The position numbers and the translations under genes are program-made. A model generated the notes under the pieces. That model made no database searches. It was not told the origin of the DNA and saw only the letters and a list, made by a program, of their open reading frames with translations. Of a stretch of DNA of 64,000 bases, positions 8,967 through 18,215 are shown one piece after another. The stretch comes from Thermodesulfobacteriota bacterium (lineage in GTDB: Bacteria; Desulfobacterota; Desulfobacteria; Desulfobacterales; SURF-7). The DNA lies in assembly GCA_049320885.1 (NCBI GenBank), contig JBMORA010000017.1, positions 84,376 through 148,375 of the forward strand, read 5' to 3'. Numbering within the stretch: position 1 is the stretch's first letter; the number at the start of each line of letters is the position of its first letter.

Positions 8967-10208
8967 ATGGCTTTGGGAAAATACGCGGTGGATTATGAGG
9001 AGAGGGTGAATTACGACCGCCTGCGGCGGGAGCGGTTGGAACGGGCCAGGGCGCAGCTGAACGAGGCCGGGGTCGGGGCGCTCGTGACCTGGGACGAGGC
9101 CAATATCCGCTACCTGACCGGGTATTACGTCACCACCCCCATGCGGCCGGCCGAAATTCAATGCGTGTTCCTGCCCAGAAACGGGGGCCCCGTGCTGTTC
9201 GGCGGCGGAACCCCTAAGGAGACGGAGCGGCGGATGCCCTGGATGCGGGGGCGGGTGCGGCCCACGGTGTCGGCCTTCAAACTCAATGCTCTGGATGCGG
9301 ACGATATTTCCGTGCGGGTGTTCGTGGACGCCATGGGCCGGCTGATGGCGGAAACCGGTGTGGAAAAGGAGCCCCTGGGCATCGACGGCACCACCTGCGG
9401 CCTCCTGCTGGACCGGGCTTTCCGCAAGGCCGGAATCGAAACGGTCCACGGCAAGCCCCTCTTGGACAAGGCGCGCATGATCAAGACAACGGATGAAATC
9501 GAACTCATGCGGATCACCTGCGGAAACGCCGAGTCCGCTTTCGCGGCCATCGCCGACGCCATCCGTCCCGGGATCCGCGAATGCGATCTGGTCGGCATCG
9601 GCATTCAGGCCCTCTATCGGGAAGGCGCCGATCATACCGAGGACCTGGTCTGCTGTTCCGGATACAACACCAATCCCTACGGATGGTCCTTCACCGACAA
9701 GCCCCTGCGGCCCGGCGATCTCGTCTATATCGATGTGGACGGCAATTCCTACCAGGGTTACAAATCCTGCGTGTACCGGACATTCTGCTGCGGGAAAGCC
9801 ACCACCGAACAGAAAGAGCTCTATGCGGAATGCCTGGAGATGCTTTACGGCGCCATCGCTATCCTCCGGGACGGGGTCACCGACCATGAGATCCTGGAAA
9901 AATGGCCCCAGTCACCGTCTTACTGGGGATATGATTCCTGGGAGGAGGTGTCGCCCTATGTGTTCGGACACGGGATCGGCCTCAGTCTGCATGACCCGCC
10001 GGTGATCAGTCCGCTGCGGAAGGCCTACGGCCTTCCGCCTGTGACCTTGCGGCAGGGCATGGTCATCGCTCTGGAAACCTATGCCGGCCATAAAGGCGGA
10101 AAAGACGGGGTGCGGTTGGAGGAGAACGTCCTCATCACCAGGGACGGCTATGAAGTCCTGTCTCGCTGGCCGGTAAAGGAGTTGATGGAATGCTGGTTGC
10201 CGTATTAA
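8967..10208 (+). CDS. M24 (Xaa-Pro peptidase/creatinase fold) family protein
   Basis: NIRYLTG, ARMIKTTDEI, GHGIGL-x2-HD, ALETY and GVRLEE motifs; SD aaggagg. Confidence 0.9.
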   Translation: MALGKYAVDYEERVNYDRLRRERLERARAQLNEAGVGALVTWDEANIRYLTGYYVTTPMRPAEIQCVFLPRNGGPVLFGGGTPKETERRMPWMRGRVRPTVSAFKLNALDADDISVRVFVDAMGRLMAETGVEKEPLGIDGTTCGLLLDRAFRKAGIETVHGKPLLDKARMIKTTDEIELMRITCGNAESAFAAIADAIRPGIRECDLVGIGIQALYREGADHTEDLVCCSGYNTNPYGWSFTDKPLRPGDLVYIDVDGNSYQGYKSCVYRTFCCGKATTEQKELYAECLEMLYGAIAILRDGVTDHEILEKWPQSPSYWGYDSWEEVSPYVFGHGIGLSLHDPPVISPLRKAYGLPPVTLRQGMVIALETYAGHKGGKDGVRLEENVLITRDGYEVLSRWPVKELMECWLPY

Positions 10209-10232
10209 CATGAAAATATTTCGGGAGGCGGT

Positions 10233-11507
10233 ATGACGGAAAAATCCATCGTGTCCATTGCAAAGGGCTTTGACGCAAGGCAGGCGGTGCGCCAGGCCAT
10301 TGAAAACCTGGGGGGTATCCGGCGTTTCGTGAAACCCGACACGGTAGTGGTGATCAAACCCAATGCCGGCCATGAAGGCCCGCCGGAAAGCGCCATCAAC
10401 ACCAGCCCGGAAATAGTCGGGGCCGTGATCCGGGAGGTCAGGCAGGCCGGGCCGCGCAAAATTATTCTGGCCGAGAGTTCCGCCATCGGATGCGACACCA
10501 TGGCCTGCCTGAAATCCAGCGGCATCAAGAAAGCGGCGGAGGAAGCGGGCGTCGACGAAATCCGCGACATCAAAACCGAAAAGGACCTGGTAAAGAAGGA
10601 AATCGAACATCCGACTTCGTCCATCACTTCCGTGGAACTGCCGCGCTTCCTGCTGGAGGCCGACCACATGATCAACGTGCCGATTTTCAAGTCCCATGTG
10701 AGCATGGTCTTTTCCTGCGCCCTGAAGAACCTGAAGGGCGTGGTCCAGGATATCCATCATTTCGTCATGCACACCACCAACCTGGCCGCGGCCATGATGG
10801 ATCTGGGCGCGGTGTTCAAGCCGGATCTCACCGTGGCCGACATGATCCGCCCCATGGAAGGATTCGGGCCCCATTCGGGAACGCCGGTGGATTTCGGCGT
10901 GGTGCTGGCCGGCGTCGACATGGTGGCGGTGGATGCCACGGCCTGCCGGCTGGCCGGGTTGGATGTGGGCAAGGTGGACTATTTCAGGGCCGCCGGGGAA
11001 AAGGGGCTGGGCGTCTTTGATGCCGACCGGATCGAAATCCGCGGCGGCTGTATCGAGGAAATGCAAAAACCCTTGTATCTGCCGTATCTCCAGGGGTTCA
11101 ACGCCTGGCCGGAATATCATTTCCATGTGAACATGGCCTGCAGCACCTGCCAGGGACTGGCGGCCTTCACCATGGAGCGGCTCAAGGCCCTGGGGGAATA
11201 CGAAAAGAACCAGGGCCTGCACATCGTCCTGGGGCGGCACGCGAAAATCCCCCCGGGCGTTGCATTCGGCGACCGGCTCATCCTCCACGGCGACTGCACC
11301 CTGGGGTTGAAGAAGAAAATCGAAAAAGCCGGCGGGACCTGCCTGCATGTAGCGGGATGTCCGCCCCTGGAATCCTTCCCGGTTTGGACCATCATGGACC
11401 GGCAGGAGCAGCCGTCGGAGCGGGCCAGCCGGGAGCGGCATGTGGCGGAAGACGCGATCTTCAGAGAATGGCTGAAAGCACGCCATCGCAATGAATGGGC
11501 GCTGTGA
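10233..11507 (+). CDS. DUF362-domain protein with a C-terminal Cys-containing (probable Fe-S) domain
   Basis: VVIKPN, INVPIFKSH, ALKNLKG, DMVAVDA motifs; C-terminal ACSTC...GDC...GCPP. Confidence 0.85.
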   Translation: MTEKSIVSIAKGFDARQAVRQAIENLGGIRRFVKPDTVVVIKPNAGHEGPPESAINTSPEIVGAVIREVRQAGPRKIILAESSAIGCDTMACLKSSGIKKAAEEAGVDEIRDIKTEKDLVKKEIEHPTSSITSVELPRFLLEADHMINVPIFKSHVSMVFSCALKNLKGVVQDIHHFVMHTTNLAAAMMDLGAVFKPDLTVADMIRPMEGFGPHSGTPVDFGVVLAGVDMVAVDATACRLAGLDVGKVDYFRAAGEKGLGVFDADRIEIRGGCIEEMQKPLYLPYLQGFNAWPEYHFHVNMACSTCQGLAAFTMERLKALGEYEKNQGLHIVLGRHAKIPPGVAFGDRLILHGDCTLGLKKKIEKAGGTCLHVAGCPPLESFPVWTIMDRQEQPSERASRERHVAEDAIFREWLKARHRNEWAL

Positions 11508-11510
11508 TGC

Positions 11511-11540
11511 TTGACATCTGATGTTTGATGATTTATCAAT
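11511..11540 (+). promoter_or_regulatory. Sigma70-like promoter/operator of vapBC
   Basis: Perfect TTGACA at 11511; overlapping palindrome ACATC-T-GATGT (11514-11524) and repeated TGATG; weak -10 (tatcaa) at 17 bp. Confidence 0.45.
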
Positions 11541-11605
11541 ATGACAAAGCATCCGGCCCCATGGAACCGTATTACAGCTCATGAAAGAATCATCGGGAGA
11601 CGCCC

Positions 11606-11830
11606 ATGCGAACGACAATCGATATCGAGGATGATCTCCTGATGGCCGCCAAAGAAATCGCCAGGCAACGAAGAACGACCATCGGAAAGGTGCTCTCCGA
11701 CTTGGTGCGTAAGGCCATGACCCAGAGCAGCATCCCTGCCGCCAGGGGGGATGTGCCGCTGTTCCCGGTCCAAAACGATGCGGGCATCGTTACTCTTGAA
11801 ATGGTCAATCGGCTGCGGGACGAATCGTGA
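11606..11830 (+). CDS. vapB: RHH/CopG-type antitoxin (VapB)
   Basis: MRTTIDIEDDLL...AKEIAR...LSDLVRKA; 4-nt overlap with the PIN toxin gene. Confidence 0.85.
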   Translation: MRTTIDIEDDLLMAAKEIARQRRTTIGKVLSDLVRKAMTQSSIPAARGDVPLFPVQNDAGIVTLEMVNRLRDES

Positions 11831-12273
11831 AGACGATTTATCTGCTGGATGTGAATCTGCTGATCGCCTTATGCGACCCCATGCATGTCCATCACGATGG
11901 CGCCCACCGATGGTTTGCCTCAAAGGGCCGTGGACAATGGGCCACCTGTCCGTTGACGGAAAACAGTTTTGTCCGCATTGCCAGCCACCCCCGGTATCCG
12001 AACCGCCCGGGGGATGTCAGCGTTGTGCTTTCCATTCTGCAACGTTTCTGCCAAACCAAAGGCCATTCTTTCTGGCCGGAGGACATCAGCCTCCGCGATC
12101 TGTTGCCTGCCGATGCCGTCATCCATCACGCCCAGATCACCGACCTGTATCTGCTGGGTCTGGCGGCACACAAGGGAGGGAAATTGGCCACCCTGGACCG
12201 GCGTATTCCCGCGGATGTCATCCCCGGTGGAATAGAGGCCCTGGAGCTGCTCTTCGTCGAATCGTCCATATGA
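11827..12273 (+). CDS. vapC: PIN-domain ribonuclease toxin (VapC)
   Basis: LLDVNLLIAL...TCPLTE...QITDLYLL...LATLD retains the acidic PIN residues. Confidence 0.9.
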   Translation: MKTIYLLDVNLLIALCDPMHVHHDGAHRWFASKGRGQWATCPLTENSFVRIASHPRYPNRPGDVSVVLSILQRFCQTKGHSFWPEDISLRDLLPADAVIHHAQITDLYLLGLAAHKGGKLATLDRRIPADVIPGGIEALELLFVESSI

Positions 12274-12334
12274 AAAAAGGTGGTCTCCGTTATGTCGAGA
12301 GATGACCGGCCATGGCCGGCGGCCGTTTTTTTTC
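12273..12334 (+). terminator. Probable intrinsic terminator after vapC
   Basis: GC-rich inverted sequence including the perfect palindrome CCGGCCATGGCCGG (12306-12319), followed by an 8-T run. Confidence 0.4.
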
Positions 12335-12595
12335 AATTGCATAAGGGCCATGATGATGGTAAATTCATATCCTGATTCTGATTCCCTTGAAAAACCATGA
12401 AGTGCCGCCCTGCCGGTTCAGGCAGCGGGAGATACATGGGGCGTGACGTCCCGTAGCGACCTGCTCATCATTGTTGCATTTTATAGTGCCACCACCGTGC
12501 TCTGCGATCGGAAACGGTTTTACAAAACCGAGGAGCCGGAATCCGTTGTTGTCCCGTTGGATTCAATCCCCATATCACAGGAAAGGAGAAAATCG

Positions 12596-13426
12596 ATGAA
12601 AGGCATCATGTCCCTGCTGCTTGCGGCTGTATTCTGTTTTTCCATGCAGGTTTCCGCCCAGGAGCAAGAAATCACCATGGGGTACAAGGATGACTCCAAG
12701 AAGCCCCTCATCGGCGACCCGGGCGATGATTCCGGCCTGTACCAGGAATTGTTTTCCAAGGCCGCGGCCATGATCGGATACAAGCTGAGGATCGAACGGC
12801 TGCCCAAGAAACGGCTGTATGCAAAATTCGAAAAAGGGGAACTGGATTTCTATCCCGGCGCGTCTTTCTCGGAAGAACGCGCGATGTATATGTGCTTTTT
12901 GGACAATGGGCTGAAGACAAAGGAAGTGCTGATAACCCGCAGCGATCTGCCCGAAATCAGGGATATCTCGACGGTGGCCGGGAAACTGCTGGCGGATCTC
13001 GGGGGCAGCAAAAGCGACTTTAACAAGAAATATAATAAAATACAGGTTGTCGAAGTCGCCTCGCTGGAATTGGAACGGGCGATCGAGATGCTGAAGGCCG
13101 GCCGGGCGGATTTTTATATCGCCGACATCGAAGAGGTCGATTATTACCAGAAATCAAAGGGCTTGAAAAGTTACGAAGACATCGGCATGAAGGTCCATTA
13201 CCAGGCCTTCGGGGATTTCATTCCGATGTACATGGGCTTTTCCATGAATTCCAAATTGTTCAAAGCCAAGGCCAATCCTCGGTATGATTCCTCGAAACCG
13301 CTGGATTATGAAAATACCCCCAAAACGGTCGCCGAGGATTGCGTCGCCCATCAATTCCAGGCGGCCTTGCTGAAATTGAAAGCAAGCGGGGAAACCCAAA
13401 AACTGTATGATGCCTATTTTAAATAA
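12596..13426 (+). CDS. Extracellular solute-binding protein (family 3-like), orphan
   Basis: SD aaaggag then ATG at 12596; signal peptide ending AQEQ; LPKKRL...GELDFYPGASFSEER and MLKAGRADF patterns. Confidence 0.8.
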   Translation: MKGIMSLLLAAVFCFSMQVSAQEQEITMGYKDDSKKPLIGDPGDDSGLYQELFSKAAAMIGYKLRIERLPKKRLYAKFEKGELDFYPGASFSEERAMYMCFLDNGLKTKEVLITRSDLPEIRDISTVAGKLLADLGGSKSDFNKKYNKIQVVEVASLELERAIEMLKAGRADFYIADIEEVDYYQKSKGLKSYEDIGMKVHYQAFGDFIPMYMGFSMNSKLFKAKANPRYDSSKPLDYENTPKTVAEDCVAHQFQAALLKLKASGETQKLYDAYFK

Positions 13427-13459
13427 AGTCGAACCTTGCTTTCCCCTGCCATGACGCCG

Positions 13460-13891
13460 TCAGAGAAGGGTTTCGAGGGTGACGACGGCGTCGGCGACAA
13501 ATTGCCGGCAGGCGGTTTCCTTCAGGTTGCGGGCCACGAATTCCCGATATCCTTCTTCCGAGAAGGGATCGAGGCCGATCAGCTGCCGGCAGTTGATCCC
13601 GCCGTGCAATTTCCGGAAGGCGGCGACGAATTCCCGGATTTTACCCATTACGGCCTGGAAACGCGCGGAATCACCGGGATGGGAAAAACCGTACTTCAAT
13701 CCGATCACCAGATATGCGGCGCTCACCGCGCCGCATTCCCCGTCCACGCCGGAACCGCCGGCCAGTCCCATGGCGATTCTTCCGGCGAGATCTGCATCCA
13801 TGCCAACTTCCGGGGCAAAGGCCCCCAGCACCGCCTGGGAGCAGCGATGCCCTTCCATGAATCGATTGACGGCCATTTCCTGTCGGTTCAT
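13460..13891 (-). CDS. C-GCAxxG-C-C family putative redox protein
   Basis: GHRCSQAV...GGSG...ECGAVSAA...INCRQL...AC; SD gaggagg before the ATG at 13891. Confidence 0.88.
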   Translation of the reverse strand: MNRQEMAVNRFMEGHRCSQAVLGAFAPEVGMDADLAGRIAMGLAGGSGVDGECGAVSAAYLVIGLKYGFSHPGDSARFQAVMGKIREFVAAFRKLHGGINCRQLIGLDPFSEEGYREFVARNLKETACRQFVADAVVTLETLL

Positions 13892-13989
13892 TTTCTCTTC
13901 CTCCTCTTGGAATCTCATGTGGTCTGCAAACCGATTGACAGGCCCGTTTGAGCTGGATAAGGAATATCTTATCGAAATTTGTGTGTCCA

Positions 13990-14026
13990 ACGATTTAATT
14001 CGATGGTGATTATCGAAAAAATCGAA
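13990..14026. promoter_or_regulatory. LysR-type binding boxes in the divergent promoter
   Basis: ATCGAAAAAATCGAA (14012-14026, T-N11-A) and a related dyad ACGATTTAATTCGAT 22 bp away (13990-14004). Confidence 0.5.
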
Positions 14027-14039
14027 CGATGAGGCTGCC

Positions 14040-14939
14040 ATGGAATTGCGTCAACTCAAGACGTTTTACACCGTCGCCCAATTGTCGAGTTTCAACAAGG
14101 CCGCGGAAACCCTGCATTACGCCCAATCCACGATCTCCGCCCAGATTCGGCTGCTGGAGGAAGAATTCGGCAGACCGCTGTTTGACCGCCTGGGAAAGTC
14201 CATCGTGCTGACCGCAGCCGGGGAGGTGCTGCTGCGCTATGCCCGCAAGATGCTGGATATGGAGGCGGAAACCCTTACCCAGATGGCCGGCCGGGAGGAA
14301 CCCCGGGGTTCCATCACCCTGAGGGTCCCCCAGAGCCTGAGCAGCTACGCGCTGCCGCCGGTGCTGAAACAATTCCGGGACCGCTACCCCAGGGTCGGCT
14401 TGGACATCAACAGCTGCGCACTGACGATCCAGCAGGAACTGCGCAGCGGGGTCATCGATCTGGCGTTTCTGCTGATCGATTCCATTCAGGAGCGGGATTT
14501 GATCGCCGAAGTGCTGGCTTTTGAAAAACTGCTGCTGATCTGCGGGGTCGGACATCCCCTGGCGCAACAGCCTTCGCTTGGGATCCGGGAATTATCGGCC
14601 CAGACCATCCTGCTGCCCAAGCAGGACTGCAGTTACAAGATGCTGTTGGAGCGGATGTTGACGGAAGAAGCCGTGGACTATGCCGCCCTTATGGAATTCA
14701 ACAGCATCGAGGCCATCAAGCGGAGCGTCCGGGAGGGAGTCGGCATCACGCTCATTCCGGAAATGGCGGTCAGGAGCGAAATCGAATCCGGAGAACTCAT
14801 GGCCCTGCCGTGGTCGGAAGGGGTACTGGAAACCGCCGTTCTGATGATCCGCCATAAGGAGAAATGGCTGTCGCCGGCCCTGCGGGATTTCATGACACTG
14901 GTGCGGGAGCATTTTCACCTGCATCACGATAACATTTAG
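14040..14939 (+). CDS. LysR-family transcriptional regulator
   Basis: MELRQLKTF...SFNKAAETLHYAQSTISAQIRLLEEE...LFDRLGK; divergent from the C-GCAxxG-C-C gene. Confidence 0.95.
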   Translation: MELRQLKTFYTVAQLSSFNKAAETLHYAQSTISAQIRLLEEEFGRPLFDRLGKSIVLTAAGEVLLRYARKMLDMEAETLTQMAGREEPRGSITLRVPQSLSSYALPPVLKQFRDRYPRVGLDINSCALTIQQELRSGVIDLAFLLIDSIQERDLIAEVLAFEKLLLICGVGHPLAQQPSLGIRELSAQTILLPKQDCSYKMLLERMLTEEAVDYAALMEFNSIEAIKRSVREGVGITLIPEMAVRSEIESGELMALPWSEGVLETAVLMIRHKEKWLSPALRDFMTLVREHFHLHHDNI

Positions 14940-15058
14940 GAACAGCCGCCGGCCTCCCCTGTCTGCCGACTCTTCCGCGCGGAAGCTTGCCGGCCGGCGG
15001 CATCTCTGGTATGTTGGCTCCTGTCCAGTCACCTGTCGGAAGAGAAAGCAGCGGCCCT

Positions 15059-15799
15059 ATGGTACGGCGGAAATTCAGGGAGGCCTTTTCCATTTACCGA
15101 ATCCATTTTCGTCGGATCGTCGCCATCGTATGGAGCATCTATATTCCCGTGAATCTGATCACCGGCTACCTGGAGCATGAACTTCTGACGGCCGAGAATC
15201 GTTTCCGGTTCATGACCATCGATATCTACCTGAACGCCTTTTTCGATCCCATCTGCACCGGCGCGGTCATCCACCTCCTGTTATGCGACAAAATTTCCCG
15301 GACCACGGGCTATTTCCGGACCATGTGGATGGGGCTCCGGGAAGGCTTCGGCATCCTGGTGGCCAGGTTGGTCGCGGGGCTGTTCATTCTGGCGGGGCTT
15401 TGCTGTTTCCTTTTTCCGGGCATCCTGCTCATCGTCCGATATTCGTTGATCGACAGCATTGTGGTGCTGGAGAAGGCCGGACAGGCCACGGCCAGGCGCC
15501 GCAGCAGTCTACTGACCCGCAACCATAAATGGGCGATCCTGCGCGTGCAACTCATATTGCTGGCAGGCAGCCTGCTGCTGCCGATCCTGCTGGAGCTGCC
15601 TGCCGTCCATTTTGAAAGCCTCCATCTTCCATTGGTTTCCGTTGTGACGGATTGCGTGCTGGAACTTTTTTACCCGTTTGCCACCATTGTGCTGTTTCTG
15701 TTCTACTGGGAGGCGAAATCAGACGTCGGGAGGCCGAAAGAAGGCAGTATCGAACGGGTTCCCCGGTCGCCGGTCCTTCATGACACCGAGATGAAATGA
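15059..15799 (+). CDS. Multi-pass membrane protein (YciC/DUF975-like)
   Basis: About five hydrophobic segments; GLCCFLFPGILL.VRYSL...VVLE...RRS..LTR pattern. Start codon uncertain. Confidence 0.6.
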   Translation: MVRRKFREAFSIYRIHFRRIVAIVWSIYIPVNLITGYLEHELLTAENRFRFMTIDIYLNAFFDPICTGAVIHLLLCDKISRTTGYFRTMWMGLREGFGILVARLVAGLFILAGLCCFLFPGILLIVRYSLIDSIVVLEKAGQATARRRSSLLTRNHKWAILRVQLILLAGSLLLPILLELPAVHFESLHLPLVSVVTDCVLELFYPFATIVLFLFYWEAKSDVGRPKEGSIERVPRSPVLHDTEMK

Positions 15800-16203
15800 G
15801 CGTCCGTGAGATCGTTGAGGAGCAAAAAGGAAGAAACCGTAATGCACAGCAGCTCGGCGTCGGAATGGCTGATAAATTCCTCCAGATGGGGATGAGCGCC
15901 GATCAACGCGGCTCGAACCCGGCGCCGCTTATCCGGATCGGGAATCTGGCAAAAGCGGCCCTCCACCGTCAGGGCCTGGATATCCTTTCCGGCAAGGCCC
16001 CGGGAGTCGATCAACAGGCTGACATGGGGGTTTTGGGTCAGGTTCCTGTATTTCCGTGTGTTTTTATGGGTAACCAGGTAGATTTCCCGGCAGGCGTCAT
16101 CCACTGCATAAGCCATCAGCGAGCAATGGGGGCGGTTGTCGGCCGAAGTGGCCAGCACGCATTGGCTGTTCCGCCGGATCAGGTCTTGGATTTGGTCGAT
16201 CAT
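15778..16203 (-). CDS. Pyridoxamine 5'-phosphate oxidase-like FMN-binding protein
   Basis: CVLATS...PHCSLMAY...TRKYRNL.QNPHVSLLID; 4-nt overlap with the upstream gene. Confidence 0.85.
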   Translation of the reverse strand: MIDQIQDLIRRNSQCVLATSADNRPHCSLMAYAVDDACREIYLVTHKNTRKYRNLTQNPHVSLLIDSRGLAGKDIQALTVEGRFCQIPDPDKRRRVRAALIGAHPHLEEFISHSDAELLCITVSSFLLLNDLTDAHFISVS

Positions 16204-18215
16204 GGTCTGTCTTTCATTTCAGGTTGAAAAGGGGTCGGCAGGGAAGGGTTTCCCGGCCGGCTGAGGACAAGCTGCAAATCCCCCAACACCCGTTTTTCGA
16301 AACCGGCTTGGCAGATGGACAGGTAGTAGTTCCATTTGCGCTGAAAGGTGCTGTCGAAACCGAGCCTGGAAACGGACTCCCGGTTCGCCAGGAATCGCCG
16401 CCGCCAATCCGCGAGCGTCCGGGCGTAATGGATGCCGATGTTTTCGGCGTGCTCGATCACAAAGCGGGAATGGCGGGACATGGCCCGGGACAATACCGTC
16501 AGGGAGGGCAGCAAGCCTCCGGGGAAGATGTGCTTCTGAATCCAGTCCCGCTCCCGGCGGTACTGATCATATTGGAAGTCCGGGATGGTGATGGTTTGGA
16601 GCACCAGCAGGCCCGCGGGTTTCAGCAGTTGTTCGCAAACGCCGAAAAAACGACCGAAATTCTCATGGCCCACCGCTTCCAGCATTTCGATGGAAACGAT
16701 TTTATCGAACCGGCCCTCCATCCGCCGGTAATCCCGCAGCAGGATGCGGATTTGATCCGAAAGTCCTTCCTCCTGCACCCGGCGGACGGCGTAATCATGC
16801 TGGGCCTTTGAAACCGTAATGCCCGTGACCCGGCAGCCGCTGAGGCGGGCCGCTTCTATGGCGAAGCTCCCCCAGCCGCAACCGATCTCCAGCACATGAT
16901 CTCCGGCTTGAATGCGGGCCTTTTCCATGAGGTTTCGCAGTTTGTTGCACTGGGCATCCTCCAGGCTTTCCTCCGGGGACTGGTACCGGGCGCAGGAATA
17001 CACCATGGTGTCGCCCAGAAACAGGCGGTAGAAATCGTTGCTCAGGTCGTAGTGGTCGCGGATGTTTTTCCGGCTGCCGGTAAGGGTGTTGCGGCGGGTG
17101 ACATGGTCGCTTCGCTCCTTCAGCCGGAAAAACAGGGCGGTGGCGAAATTCCCGTCGGCGAGCGCGTCCCGGTTGTCGATGAGCACCTTGAATACTTTCA
17201 CCAGATCCGGGCTGTCCCATTCGCCGGCCGTATAGGCTTCGCCCAGCCCGATATCACCGCCGGTAAGGGCCGTGCGGGAAAAAAACCGGTAGTCCCGGAT
17301 ATCCATGCGGGCCGCTTCGGCGGTCATGGGGCCAAGCCGCAACTCCCCGCCGTCGGGCATCCGCAGGATAAGGCTTCCCGAATTGATGCGCCGGAGAATC
17401 CCCAGGATGATGCGCATGCAGAGGCGTTGCAGCGCCGTTGGCGGCAGAACGCGGATGGTCATGGGGCTTCGCGGAACGGGTTTGTCATGAAAGCTCATTT
17501 TTTTGTGAAAGTACAGCCGGAAAGCCTCCCGGTAAATCCGTGGTATGCTCAGATGGGGCCTTGCCGGATATCGGACCAGGGTTTTCAGCAGCTGCAAGGG
17601 GGTCAGCGGCTGGAAATCACCGCTGAGCCTGGCGAAAAAAACCATGCAACCTCGGCGAAACAACTGGATCTGGATATCCAGTTTTTCCCGGATATCCGCG
17701 AAACGGAAACGGTATTCACCATCCACCGGGTTGAAGGGTGACACATGGAATTCCTTGGGGGTTGAAAACACCAGGCAGCCGTCGGTATCCCGGGCCAGGG
17801 GATCCGTGAGGATGTACAGATGGCGTTCCCCATAGGTGTTGTTGACTTCCGCCAGGACGCAGACCGGATCACCTCCCGGGGCATGACAGAAATAAAAACT
17901 AACCGGATTGAAGACATAATTCCAGTACCGGGCCGCGGTGACGAGCACGATATCCCCGATGGCCGCCGTGACGCCGCGGGATGCCAGGTGACGCAGCAGT
18001 TTCGTCCGGATGTCGCCTTCCCCATGGTCGAGATAATCACGGTCGTTGATCCTCACCGGCCGGAACCGGTTGTGCCCGAACAGGAAATTGGTTCGGTCCA
18101 GGGTTTCCAGTTCCGACAGATGCAGGGCATAGACATAAATGGGATAGGAAAAGGAGTGTTCCCGGGGCGCCAGACGGCGATGGGTGACCTTGCCGATGCA
18201 GATTCTGGATTTCAT
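16200..18215 (-). CDS. Fusion of DUF1365 (UfaO-like) and a cyclopropane-fatty-acid-synthase-family SAM methyltransferase (UfaM-like)
   Basis: N-half: HRRL.P.H.FSY, FNPVSFYFC, AEVNNTYGERH, KEFHVSPF (DUF1365). C-half: HYDLSNDFY, YSCA, LEIGCGWG, IVSIEMLEAVG, IFPGG (Cfa family). Confidence 0.9.
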   Translation of the reverse strand: MKSRICIGKVTHRRLAPREHSFSYPIYVYALHLSELETLDRTNFLFGHNRFRPVRINDRDYLDHGEGDIRTKLLRHLASRGVTAAIGDIVLVTAARYWNYVFNPVSFYFCHAPGGDPVCVLAEVNNTYGERHLYILTDPLARDTDGCLVFSTPKEFHVSPFNPVDGEYRFRFADIREKLDIQIQLFRRGCMVFFARLSGDFQPLTPLQLLKTLVRYPARPHLSIPRIYREAFRLYFHKKMSFHDKPVPRSPMTIRVLPPTALQRLCMRIILGILRRINSGSLILRMPDGGELRLGPMTAEAARMDIRDYRFFSRTALTGGDIGLGEAYTAGEWDSPDLVKVFKVLIDNRDALADGNFATALFFRLKERSDHVTRRNTLTGSRKNIRDHYDLSNDFYRLFLGDTMVYSCARYQSPEESLEDAQCNKLRNLMEKARIQAGDHVLEIGCGWGSFAIEAARLSGCRVTGITVSKAQHDYAVRRVQEEGLSDQIRILLRDYRRMEGRFDKIVSIEMLEAVGHENFGRFFGVCEQLLKPAGLLVLQTITIPDFQYDQYRRERDWIQKHIFPGGLLPSLTVLSRAMSRHSRFVIEHAENIGIHYARTLADWRRRFLANRESVSRLGFDSTFQRKWNYYLSICQAGFEKRVLGDLQLVLSRPGNPSLPTPFQPEMKDRP

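Noticed and set aside
9912..11618. 568-aa minus-strand ORF
   Set aside because: Antisense to the M24 and DUF362 genes; shadow ORF.
11606..12273. vapBC as a marker of a mobile element
   Set aside because: No integrase, transposase, terminal repeats or tRNA nearby; treated as a solitary chromosomal TA module.
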